Source of the DNA: Lama guanicoe | Taxonomy: Eukaryota | Assembly: GCA_013239625.1 (NCBI GenBank) | Contig: MU057102.1 | Coordinates: forward strand, 3,739,782 to 3,803,781 | Reading direction: 5' to 3' | Length of the DNA: 64,000 nt | In this document: positions 12,562 to 22,869 of the stretch, one piece after another | Layout of the letters: every line of letters starts with the position of its first letter | How positions within the stretch are numbered: the stretch's first letter is position 1 | The notes under the pieces: model-generated | What the model saw: only the letters and a program-made list of their open reading frames with translations | Databases searched by the model: none | Told to the model about the DNA's origin: nothing | Translations under genes and position numbers: made by a program

Positions 12562-12698
12562 GTAAGTGGCCTTTAACTGCTGCCCAGTCCCCCATCCCAT
12601 CTCCTGTTCGCTCATCCCTTATTCTGCCCCCATATTGTCCCCCATTTCCCCTTCCATCCCCGACCCCATGTACTTGCACCCACTTCCCTGTGGCCCAG

Positions 12699-12799
12699 GC
12701 AAGCAAACTCTGAAGATCTTCGATGGCAACGACACAGTGCAGAGAAACCACTTCCGTGTCATCAGCGTCCCCCGCCTGGCCAGGAGCCAGGAGGTGCTG
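12699..12799 (+). CDS. DGKQ: DGK-theta exon 8
   Basis: KQTLKIFDGNDTVQRNHFRVISVPRLARSQEVL. Confidence 0.92.
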
Positions 12800-12891
12800 G
12801 TGAGAAGGAGCTGCCTTGCAGGCCCACTCCTGGGGGGAGCTGCAGGGCGCCCGGCACGGCCTGGCTCCTGTCACACCGGCCCCCACTGCAG

Positions 12892-13133
12892 GAGGCGGCG
12901 CTGCGGGCCTACTACATCACGGAGGACCCCCAGGCCTTCCAGCTGCAGGCGCTCCCCCCACCCACACAGGCTGGTGACGCTGACACCGAGGCCCTGGGGA
13001 AGGTCTGGAGCGGTGGGACTGCCGAGGACGAGGGCAGTAGAGGCCCAGGGTCCCGAGACGTTCCCGAGGCCTGGGTCATTCGTGCTCTGCCCCGCACCCA
13101 GGAGGTCCTGAAGATCTACCCTGCCTGGCTCAA
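12892..13133 (+). CDS. DGKQ: DGK-theta exon 9
   Basis: EAALRAYYITEDPQAFQLQ...WVIRALPRTQEVLKIYPAWLK. Confidence 0.92.
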
Positions 13134-13216
13134 GTGAGGCCCAGGCCTGGGGCAGTGGTGCTGGCAGGAGAGGGTGGGGGCCATGCCACCAGAGCTCCTG
13201 AACTCGTCCCCTGCAG

Positions 13217-13307
13217 GGTCGGTGTGGCCTACGTGTCCCTTCGTGTGACCCCGCAGAGCACGGCCCAGACTGTGGTGCTGGAGGTCCTCCCACTACTTGG
13301 ACGCCAG
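13217..13307 (+). CDS. DGKQ: DGK-theta exon 10
   Basis: VGVAYVSLRVTPQSTAQTVVLEVLPLLGRQ. Confidence 0.92.
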
Positions 13308-13417
13308 GTGTGTACTCGGGCTGCCCTGGTCCCAGACACCCCAGGGTGGTTGCCCCGTGTGGGTCCTGGTGGGGTGGGGGGGATCCAGGTCTGATACTCC
13401 AAAGTCCATCCCTACAG

Positions 13418-13472
13418 GACGAGGGTCCGGAGGGCTTCCAGCTGCTGGAGGTGCTCATGGGCAGCAGGCAAG
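13418..13472 (+). CDS. DGKQ: DGK-theta exon 11
   Basis: DEGPEGFQLLEVLMGSRQ; donor GTGAGT. Confidence 0.9.
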
Positions 13473-13598
13473 GTGAGTAGGCAGCCTGCAGCTGATGCCC
13501 AGGCCAGTTCTGCCCCAGTGCCCTGGGGTCGCCGGGCAGCTGTTTGCAGAGGTGGCTGGGGTTTAGGTGCTGATGGGCGGCGTCTCTCAACCCTGCAG

Positions 13599-13660
13599 TC
13601 CAGCGGATGGTGCTGGCGGACGAGGAGCTCTTGCTTGGCCGGCTTCAAGCTATCCGGCAG
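13599..13660 (+). CDS. DGKQ: DGK-theta exon 12
   Basis: QRMVLADEELLLGRLQAIRQ. Confidence 0.9.
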
Positions 13661-13938
13661 GTCAGTGGGTGTGGACACTGGCCCCAGGCCAGGGCCTCTG
13701 CCTCACAGAGAGGGAGTCTGCCCTTAGGATGCCATATCCACCCTGGCCTGCAGCTAACCTTGGCCAGCAGTGCTTCCCCTCCCCCTGAGTTCCCCAAGGG
13801 AGGAAGCCTGTGTGTCCTGCTTCTTGCATTCAAGGGGAGCTTAGCCTGGGGAATCTTCCCTTCGGCCCCCTTTGTGGACAGGGAGGGTGGCGGGGCTCGT
13901 CCCCTGTGCTCTGCTCAGTGTCCCTCCCCTGCCCACAG

Positions 13939-14089
13939 ACGTCCCTACGGCAGATGAGCCAGACGCGGTTCTATGTGGCTGAGAGAAGAGCAGTGGCCCC
14001 ACGTGTCTCTCTGTTCGTGGGAGGTCTGCCTCCTGGCCTGTCTCCCCAGGAGTACAGCAGTCTTCTGGACGAGGCTATGTCCCTGAAAG
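13939..14089 (+). CDS. DGKQ: DGK-theta exon 13
   Basis: TSLRQMSQTRFYVAE...SLFVGGLPPGLSPQEY... Confidence 0.92.
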
Positions 14090-14436
14090 GTGTGGCTGCC
14101 TGGGCTGGTCTGAGGCTCTTGGTCACAGCGGGTCAGGGCGGGTGTCCTGAGAGCAGGCCTGTGGGCTGCTGTGCAAGGCTGGGTCCTCCTGCTCCCCTGC
14201 TACTCCCAGTCACTGTTGGAGCCTTTGCTGAGCTGGTTTCTGGCCGAGAGGGTCTCTGTCCTCACCTCTGGGGCCCAGACCCCGTCACCTCCTCTGAGGG
14301 GTTTCTGAGATGCCTGCCCTGGGCCCTGGGGGGGGGCCCTGGGCCTGGAGTGGGGGGTGCTGTCTGGGATGGGCAGCCCTGGGAGGCAGGGCCTGGGGCA
14401 GGTGCTGCACTTCCTGACCACAATCCATCTTTGCAG

Positions 14437-14475
14437 CTGGCCTGGTGTCCATGAGCCACATCTACTCCTCTCAAG
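14437..14475 (+). CDS. DGKQ: DGK-theta exon 14
   Basis: GLVSMSHIYSSQ; 39 nt, phase-preserving. Confidence 0.88.
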
Positions 14476-15102
14476 GTGAGATGCCCCACAGGCTGAGATC
14501 AGGTTTGCTCAGAGGCCATTCATGGGCTAGATGTGAGCCCTGCTCTCTTGCTTTGTCCCGCTGGTGACCCGTGGGCCCAGGAAACGTTTGTGTTTAATTT
14601 CCTGGCTCGTGGCTGTAACGCTCTTGCCTAAAAGCGTGACTGAGGTGCAGAGGACGTGTCCCCCGTGACCCGTCTGTGGGTGCACACCTTTTACCACGGA
14701 AAACGTCACATCACCCGAGAAGTGGCAGAGAAGTACCATGAGCCTTGCGTCCCCTCTGTGGGTCCATAGCAGTGACCCATGCCCTCCGTGCCTCTCTTGG
14801 GTCCTGGGAGGCTCGGCGCGGCCGGGAGACTCAGGTGCATGTCTGCTCCCCTTGCCTCCTGGGAGCCTTGCTTGTACCCCTCAGCACGCCCTGTCTCTGA
14901 GCCCAGCTGTCCTTGAAGCCTCCCCCCAGGGGAGAGAGTCACGCACCATGGGGCATCTTGTGATGGGCTGGCTGGAAGCAGGCCGTGGCCAGAGATGAGG
15001 CCATTGGCCCGCTGGAGGAGGCGAGGCAAGGCCCCTGGCCCAGGTACCACAGGGGCTGGAGCTCCAGGACAGACACCTGAGCTCATGGCTGACCTGCCAC
15101 AG

Positions 15103-15218
15103 GTGCCGTGGTGCTGGACGTGGCCTGCTTCGCCGAGGCCGAGCGGCTGTATATGCTGGTCAGGGACACGGCTGTTCACAGCCGGCCGCTGACTGCCCTG
15201 GTGCTCCCGGATGTGCTG
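15103..15218 (+). CDS. DGKQ: DGK-theta exon 15
   Basis: AVVLDVACFAEAERLYMLVRDTAVHSRPLTALVLPDVL. Confidence 0.92.
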
Positions 15219-16532
15219 GTGAGTAGCACCGGGTAGGGGCCTGGGGGGCGTGGCCTCTATGGCTGATTTGTCTAATACTTGGAGCAGTTGGAGCAAAGTC
15301 CGAGTTGGCTATGCCTGGCTGATTCACACCAAGGGAGGGCCCAAGGCCCAGTGGTGAGGCGTGCACACCCGTTGAGTGGCCCTGCAGTGGTTGCCTCCTG
15401 AGGGCTGGCCTGTATTTGTGACTGTGCATGGCCCTTGGTCTCGCTTGAGTCACTGGCCCTGGCCCCACCCTCCCTGCCCAGGAGGCCTCTGGACCCCTGC
15501 TCACACCCTGGGCCTCCTCTGGCCAGACTTTGGAGGCTGTCCTAAAGACCCAGCAGTGCCCTGGACCCCGCCCTGTGCTGGGTATGTGCCTTGGCCCTCA
15601 GCCTTGCTGGCCCCCAAGGAACCCCCACCCAGGTGTCCATGACCCGTGACCCTAGTTCAGGCTGAGCAGAATTAGAGCGGGCTGAGTTTAGGGTCTGTGG
15701 CTGAGTGGGCAACATCCTCAGGTCTCAGTTGCCCTGCCCCAACCCCGAGCGGGGTCAGGACCAGTGGCTCTCCCACTGTCCAGACAGGGATGCAGGCACT
15801 GCAGATCAGGGCCCCTGTGGGCAGACACGGGCGGGTGATGCCAACATGTGCTTTCTCTCTCCTGGCAGCTGCCTGCCCTGGGGTGAGCGGGTAAGTGGTG
15901 ACTGTAGGCAGCTCTGCCCAGTAGGTCACACGTCACCCCAAGTGTGTCCTACCTAGGCCTTGAGCCACGGCTGAGCCCGTGAGCCGCCACTGCCCCCATG
16001 CCTGCGCCTGTCTGTCTCCTGTCACCCAGCATCCCTTGTCGTAGGGTCCCCAGCTCCCTTGCCACCTCTCTTGGACACTTTCTGTGGCTGTGTGTGGGGG
16101 ATGAGCTTTGTCCCAAGGCCGAGAGGCCCCCTCCTGACTGCGGTGTGAGTGGCTCGGGGCCCTGGGAGCCAGGTGGCTCCGAGGGGGCAGGTGGCGTCCT
16201 GCGTAGGCTTCCAGCCTGGGCTTGCAGGCCGCAAGCATCAGGCAGCGAGTGTGGCCTGACGACTCACCTCGTGGCGGGTGCGGCATGGCCTGTGTGCTTG
16301 GAGCTCCCGGCTGGCCAGCACCACCCTGCCCCATCAGCCAGTGGACTGTGCGTGCCCCCTCTGCTGTGGGAGGCGACCCGAGTGGCCACTGGCTAGGTGG
16401 GGCTTGTGTGTGCCTCTGTCAGGAGGGGGCTCTGGCCAGGTGGGCTCAGGGCCAGGGCCGCCGCTGCCCAGGCAGCTCTGCCTCTGGGTGGCAGCCATGG
16501 GAGCCCGCCCTAACGCAGCTCCTGTCTATCAG

Positions 16533-16684
16533 CACACGAAGCTGCCCCCAGACTGCTGCCCCCTCCTTGTGTTTGTGAACCCCAAAAGCGGAGGCCTCAA
16601 GGGCCGCGATCTGCTCTGCAGTTTCCGGAAGCTGCTGAACCCGCACCAGGTCTTCGAGCTGACCAACGGGGGGCCTCTGCCTGG
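16533..16684 (+). CDS. DGKQ: DGK-theta exon 16
   Basis: [28 protein letters not shown]... Confidence 0.95.
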
Positions 16685-16878
16685 GTGAGTCCTGTGGGGC
16701 CCCACTGCTGCAGGAGCAAGAGTGCTCGCATGGCTCACGGGCAGAATCCTCAAGGGCCGTCGTGGACGTGGGAGGAGCTGCGACCCGCTTCTGCCCCAGG
16801 GGTGATTGCCTGTGCCCTCCTGTTGCGTGGCTGTGAATGTGGCTGGTGGTAGGATACACCGTGTCTCCCTGCTGCCAG

Positions 16879-17027
16879 GTTCCACGTGTTCTCCCAGGTA
16901 CCCTGCTTCCGGGTGCTGGTGTGTGGAGGGGACGGCACTGTGGGCTGGGTGCTCGCCACCCTGGAGGAGGTGCGGCACCGTCTGGCCTGCCCAGAGCCTG
17001 CCGTGGCCATCCTGCCCCTGGGCACAG
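16879..17027 (+). CDS. DGKQ: DGK-theta exon 17
   Basis: [15 protein letters not shown]...ILPLGT (ATP-binding GGDG motif). Confidence 0.95.
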
Positions 17028-17151
17028 GTGAGGTCACCCAGGGGGTTGAGGGGGGCTCGGGGGCCTGTCCCTTCTGCCCCGTTTCAGCCGGGGCCTGGGG
17101 TGGTGGGCAGGTGGTTGTGGAGAATCAGTGTGGTTCTTGCCGGTGTCCCAG

Positions 17152-17330
17152 GGAATGACCTGGGCCGGGTCCTCCGCTGGGGGGCGGGCTACAGTGGAGA
17201 GGATCCATTCTCTGTGCTGCTGTCGGTGGACGAGGCTGACGCTGTGCTCATGGACCGCTGGACCATCCTGCTGGACGCTCAGGAGGCTGGTGGAGGGGAG
17301 GGCAGTGTGGTGGACGCAGAGCCGCCCAAG
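17152..17330 (+). CDS. DGKQ: DGK-theta exon 18
   Basis: [19 protein letters not shown]...MDRWTILLD...EPPK. Confidence 0.95.
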
Positions 17331-17616
17331 GTACTGCTGTGCCCAGGTCAGGGTGTGGCACCGTTGGGCCCCTGTGGGCGACTACCACATCTGTCCAGGC
17401 CCTTGTCCTCGTCCCAGCCACACCTTGGTGTCGGCGCCAGTGCTGTCCCCTGAAGCTGAGGCACAGGGTGGGGACTGGCCGTGCTGGGTCATGTGCCACA
17501 CTGCCCCCTCTTGGGTGCAGAAGCAGCTCTGAGACGAGGAGGCAGGACCCACCTGGGGGGGGTGGGGAGCACCTGGTGGGGGTGGACTGGGCCACGGGAG
17601 GATTTCCTGTTCTCAG

Positions 17617-17717
17617 ATCGTACACATGAGTAACTACTGTGGGATTGGCATCGATGCAGAGCTGAGCTTGGACTTCCACCAGGCTCGGGAGGAAGAGCCT
17701 GGCAAGTTCACGAGCAG
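17617..17717 (+). CDS. DGKQ: DGK-theta exon 19
   Basis: IVHMSNYCGIGIDAELSLDFHQAREEEPGKFTSR. Confidence 0.95.
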
Positions 17718-17850
17718 GTGCTGGAGGCGCGGGGGCAGGAGCGGTTACTTCCTGGGGCCCCCGGCAGTGACAGAGGGACAGGGGCTAGGACCCGGGGGCT
17801 GCCGCGGGGGTCGCACCCCACCTTGTGATGCAGGCTGCCCTGCCCCACAG

Positions 17851-17997
17851 GCTCCACAACAAGGGCGTGTACGTGCGGGTGGGGCTGCAGAAGCTCAGCC
17901 AGGCCCGCGGGCTGCACCGGGAGATCCGGCTGCAGGTGGAGCAGCAGGAGGTGGAGCTGCCCAACATCGAGGGCCTCATCTTCATCAATATCCCCAG
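17851..17997 (+). CDS. DGKQ: DGK-theta exon 20
   Basis: LHNKGVYVRVGLQK...IEGLIFINIP. Confidence 0.95.
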
Positions 17998-18094
17998 GTG
18001 CCAGGGAGGCGGGGGGGTGCTCCTGGGCTCTGTCCTCCTCCGGCCTTCTGTCCAGCGGGCACTCTTACCTGTATGCCCCTCCCTCCTGGTGCAG

Positions 18095-18206
18095 CTGGGG
18101 CTCGGGGGCCGACCTGTGGGGCTCTGACAATGACTCCAAGTTCGAGAAGCCACGCATGGATGACGGGCTGCTGGAGGTGGTGGGGGTGACGGGCGTCGTG
18201 CACATG
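18095..18206 (+). CDS. DGKQ: DGK-theta exon 21
   Basis: WGSGADLWG...DDGLLEVVGVTGVVHM. Confidence 0.95.
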
Positions 18207-18291
18207 GTAAGTGTGGGGGCCGGGGCGTGGGGACCAGGGCCGAGGTGTCCATCAGGGCCCGCTGAGTGAGGCTCGCCCTCTTGGCCCCCAG

Positions 18292-18444
18292 GGTCAGGTC
18301 CAGGGTGGGCTGCGCTCTGGTATCCGCATCGCCCAGGGGTCCTACTTCCGTGTCACCCTCCTCAAGGCCACACCTGTGCAGGTGGACGGCGAGCCCTGGG
18401 TCCAGGCTCCCGGGCACATGATCATCGCAGCTGCAGGCCCCAAG
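18292..18444 (+). CDS. DGKQ: DGK-theta exon 22
   Basis: GQVQGGLRSGIRIAQG...PVQVDGEPWVQAPG... Confidence 0.95.
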
Positions 18445-18763
18445 GTGTGTTAAGTGTGGGTTGAGCTGGGTGCGGCCGGAGAGCCAGCAGTCGGGTGGGC
18501 TTGGTACTGGCTGGCCTGGCCAGGTGCCCAGGGAGGTCACAGGGCCCGGAAGAGGCTGGCCAGCCCCTAAGGGGCACCTGTTTCTCATGGAAATGAGCCC
18601 CCTGGTGCCTCAGAGGGGAGGGCATCTCTAGGGCAGCAGGCTTAAGCCTCCTGCTCCTTCCCATCCCGTGAAGTGGGCTGAGGTGGCACCAGCTGTTACA
18701 GGAGCCCCAGGCCAGGCGCCTGCAGTGTTGGGCAGCCGTCTGACCCTGTCTGTCCTGGGACAG

Positions 18764-18865
18764 GTCCACATGCTCAGGAAGGCCAAGCAGAAGCCCAGGA
18801 AGGCTGGGCCCCCCAGGGATGCACGAATGGACGGGGAGCCTGCCCCCGAGGGAGACTCCAAGTAG
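18764..18865 (+). CDS. DGKQ: DGK-theta exon 23 (to TAG stop)
   Basis: VHMLRKAKQKPRKAGPPRDARMDGEPAPEGDSK*. Confidence 0.93.
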   Translation, partial: VHMLRKAKQKPRKAGPPRDARMDGEPAPEGDSK

Positions 18866-20537
18866 AGGCGGGCCCTGGAGTCCTGCAGAAGTGCCTGCGG
18901 TAGAGGGACTCAAACACAGCTCTGACCACAGGTGTCTCCTTGTCCCCATCCCTGTGCCACATGGAAGCTGCAGGGTGGGTGCTGGGCATGGGGCTCCCAC
19001 TGGCCACCCCTCTCACCCCCTGGGGCCCGGGCCACTGTCCTTGGGGGGCAAGCACTCCTCCCTTTGTGTTCCTGTGCCTCCATTGAACCCCTTGAGAGGG
19101 GCAGTGCTGGACTGCACCTCCCACCCCTCTGGCTACGCTCACGGGCCCTGGATGTGCCCAGGACGGACCCAGGACCCCTCAGGCACTATTTCCCCTGGCC
19201 TCACTTCACCACTGGACCTGGGCAGGGTGCCTGCTGTCTGTCTTGGGGGAGGTGTGTCCTCTCCTGGCCTGGGTAGGGCCTGGCTGGGCCTGGCCTTGAG
19301 CTGGGTTGGTGGCCCTGGAGTGACAGGGATGCACCTGGGGAGGCAGGTGCTTGGCTACTCCCTGGAGACCTGGTGTGCTGCCCAGCAGGGAGCAGCAGGC
19401 CTGGCCGGGAGCCCAGAGGGAGTCAGGAGAGTGTGAAGTGGGGAGCAGTGGCTTTAATCACTGAGCTCAGTGTGGGGCCTTTCCTTCCATCTGTCCAGTC
19501 GCCAAGCCAGTTCCATGTCTGCTCGTTGCTTCTCCATGGGGGGGGCTCAGTGCCATGGGACATGGCTGTGGCTGCTGGGTGGGCTGCTCACCACAGCCCT
19601 GCTGCTGAGCCCAGGTCCAGCTGGCTCAGCCCACAGGGGAACCTGATCAAAATGTAACAAGCTGCCTAGCGCGCCCCGCGCCCCAGAAGGCCCGCCTCTC
19701 CTGACTGTCTGGTACCCTCGCCCTTGGCAGTCGGGCCTCCTAGCCTTCACACCTCAGGCGGCAGCATCACCAGGACGTTTGGCCTCAACCTCAGATGTGG
19801 CCCCACCCAGCCCCCCAAGCTTGTGCTGAAACCACCCAGACATGCATCGTAAGGGCTGCAAGTGACGAGCAGCCTTCTTGGGTTCCTCTGGAACACGTGT
19901 GATGTGTGAGACTCTCACGTCTGTGTCCCTGGGGGTGGACTTGGCTTTTGCTTTGCAGGCCCTGTGGGTGGTCAGGTCCTCCGTATTTAAGTGAGTCTGT
20001 GTCCCCAGAGGGGGCTCCGCACTGATGCCCTCCCTCACGTGTAACTTACCACTACCTGAAGGTGACCATAACTTATATCTGGGACAAATACAGTCCGGGA
20101 ATCCAGTCCTGCATGGTCTCCTGCTTCTCTGCGCCTGAGACCAGTCTGTGGCGTGGGGAGGGCTGGCAGGCAGCCCAGCACCACTGGGGCATTCCGTGGG
20201 CGGGGACAGTGGGCCTGGGGAGGGGCTGCTACCTGTCCAGGATGCGGGCCATGTCATACACCCACGGTCGCCTCGGGCTGAGGCTGTGGTCTCCCCGCTG
20301 GTCCCCAGCTGCCCCCTGCCCGCAGCCCATCTTTGCTTGACGGAGGCAGAGACAGAAAAGTAGACCTGGGCGGACAGAAGGATGTGGCAACACAAGTGAA
20401 GCTCCCATGAGACTCTTGACTGCGCAAGCAGATGACAACCTGCGGACTCATGCCACGCAGGCGTCTCACAAGGAAAAGACTCAAGCTGGCCCCGCGCATG
20501 CACCGACCTCAGGCTGGGGTTGGGGGTGCCGGTGGCA

Positions 20538-21216
20538 CTAGCAGGGGGCAGGGTGGAGCAGGGAGCGCGTGTCGTCCCTGGGGTCCCCAGGCGCTGGCGG
20601 GGTGGGTGCCGGCCGCAGGGCAAGGCGCGGCAGGGCCCACAGGATGGCCAGTGCCAGGCGCACGAGGAGCCGCAGCAGCAGAAAGGCGAAGGGCACAGCG
20701 ATCTGCATGAGGTGGAAGATGGCCGTGCTGAACCTGGTCAGGATGCAGGTGGAGGCAAAGGCCAGCAGGCTGGCACAGGGGTACAGTGCGAGCTTGGCAA
20801 ACATGAAGGCGTGCTCCTGGCCGCCAAAGCGTACGGAGGGCTGCAGCGTCTCCCCCTCCTGCAGCAGCGCCGTGGTCCAGATGGCAAACTGGAAGATGCT
20901 GGCAAAGAAGATGATGGCGCAGCTCACGCGCACCCTCTCCAGCTCGTCGTGGGGCTGCCGTGCGAAGGCCGAGGTCTGCTGGTAGGCCAGGGGCAGGCCG
21001 CCCACGAAGGCCAGCGAGAGTGTGTTGAGCAGCCCCATGGGCTGCGTGGCCTTGCGGACGTGCAGGAAGAGCGAGTGGTGAGCGAACCAGAGCAGGCCGA
21101 CTGTGGCGAAGGAGCCGAAGTAGGCCAGGAAGCGAGGCCCCGACTCGCTCAGTGCTGCCACCAGGCTGCCGCTGAACTTCTCCCGCACGTCCTTCGGGTC
21201 CGGGACGTTGTCTTCG
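20538..21216 (-). CDS. TMEM175: TMEM175 last coding exon
   Basis: EDNVPDPKDV...LAYFGSFATVGLLWFAHHSLF...LLHPAPC*. Confidence 0.95.
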
Positions 21217-22377
21217 CTGAGGAGTGAGACACGTGGCATTTGCAGCAGCCGTACTGAGGGCTTCGGCTCAGGGCTGCTGGCCCACCCTGTCCCAGGCCTG
21301 AGGGGCTGCATCCCGCCCTCCCCCCCCAACTTCAGATGAATGACGTGCACTGAGTTTTCCTTGATCTGTGCTCACTGCAGGCAGGATACTAAACAATTCA
21401 GTGCTCACAAGCTCAAATTTAACTGCATCTTGGGTTTCTCTGCTGACTGGCAGCCCTGCCTGCTGGCCCCCAGGGCTGGTGAGCAGCCTGGGCCCTGAGC
21501 CGTCAGCCCCTCTGGCCCACGTGGGTGGGGGCTTGTGAGGTCTGTCCACCCTCCTGCAGCTTCCTGCAGTCCACAGTGGTCCTGCAGATCTGAGGGGGTT
21601 TGCCTCTGAGGTTCTGATTCCTGGGCCGAACTTCACTGTAAGGACCAATGTGAAGGCACGCTGGGCCCAGGCTTCTCCCCTCATGGAGGTGGTGGGTGCT
21701 GTGGAGGGGCTGAAGCAGCCTGGGCCACCTCTGTCCTCACAACAGCAGGGGACAGAGATGGGGGGTTTCCTGAGGGTCTGCACCTGGGCCCCTGGGCCCT
21801 GGGCCCCACAGCCACTCCGTGCTGCCCCCGCTGGGGGGACCTGCAGAATGGCTCTGGCTGCAGGGCAGAGGCAAAGCCAGCTCATTCCAGAACCACAGGT
21901 CTAGGCCTCAGAGACTGGTACCAATGGGCATTTGCTCCCGACTTCTTAAAAATTCACAAATGACGTAAGAAAACACTGCCAAGAGAAAACTGGGAGCGTC
22001 GTGACTGCAGACTGTCAGAAACAGAACAGAAAATCAGGGTGTTTTAACATTGACAAAGTAAGAACAAACTGGAACGTGACCGAGGAATAAAACACTACAA
22101 AAAAGGACGGAAGGCTGGAAAAGCAGCAGGTAGGACAGTTAGAAATAAAAGGCCAGTAACTCAGGCTGGAACTCAGACTGACTGGAGGGCAGGCCAGGCG
22201 GAGCAGAAGAGCTGCAGTGAAGGGTGGGGGCAGGAACTCAGTGGAACTTGGGGACCGACATAGGGAGACGAGAAGCCACCCACACAGTCAGGTGGGTCCT
22301 CAGGGTGGGGCTCCCTCTGGGGAGGGGGGCAGGGAGACCTCAGGGCCTCTGGGGTTGGAGCCTGGGCGGGTCCTCAC

Positions 22378-22513
22378 CAAATGTCCAGGATGAGCAGCGT
22401 GGCCACGATGGCGTAGACCCCGTCGCTGAAGGCGTCCACCCGCTCCTTGCTGAGAGGCCCATGCAGGTCGAAGGTGAAGAACTCCAGGCTGTGAGCTGGG
22501 GGCTCCCTGGGGC
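22378..22513 (-). CDS. TMEM175: TMEM175 coding exon 9
   Basis: PREPPAHSLEFFTFDLHGPLSKERVDAFSDGVYAIVATLLILDI. Confidence 0.94.
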
Positions 22514-22689
22514 CTGCGGGAGTGCAGGGGGAAGAGCAGCCAAGCCCTCAGGGCCTCGGGGCCAGTTGGGGGTCATTGCCCTCTTGCCTGAGGGGCCGGA
22601 GCATGCAGGCCAGGGGAGAGGACCCTGCAGGGACGCCCGGCTGGCAAGGGTGCTCCGAGGCCCCCACTCTAGCCCGCCCAGGCACCTAC

Positions 22690-22768
22690 CCACAAGACTG
22701 CCTCGGCACCAGCTGGCGGCCTTGCTGACGTAGGGGAGGAAGATGACTGTCGCCATCAGCAGGTACGA
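22690..22768 (-). CDS. TMEM175: TMEM175 coding exon 8
   Basis: SYLLMATVIFLPYVSKAASWCRGSLV. Confidence 0.92.
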
Positions 22769-22869
22769 CTGCAGGAGACACGGGTGTGTCAGTGGGGCTT
22801 GGCACCTCCACCGAGGGCCGGACTCAGGAATCCCACCCTGGAGCCATCTGCTCCAGAGGGAGGGCAGCA

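Larger units (their letters stand above)
8221..18865 (+). other. DGKQ: DGKQ gene span, start to stop: 23 coding exons, 2844 nt, 947 aa diacylglycerol kinase theta
   Basis: Three C1 domains, RA region, DAGK catalytic (GGDGT, PLGTGNDL) and accessory domains; all GT-AG; summed exon length divisible by 3. Confidence 0.97.

Noticed and set aside
19754-20623. 289-aa - strand ORF over the TMEM175 3' end and UTR
   Set aside because: Alternative frame, no domain, GC-driven
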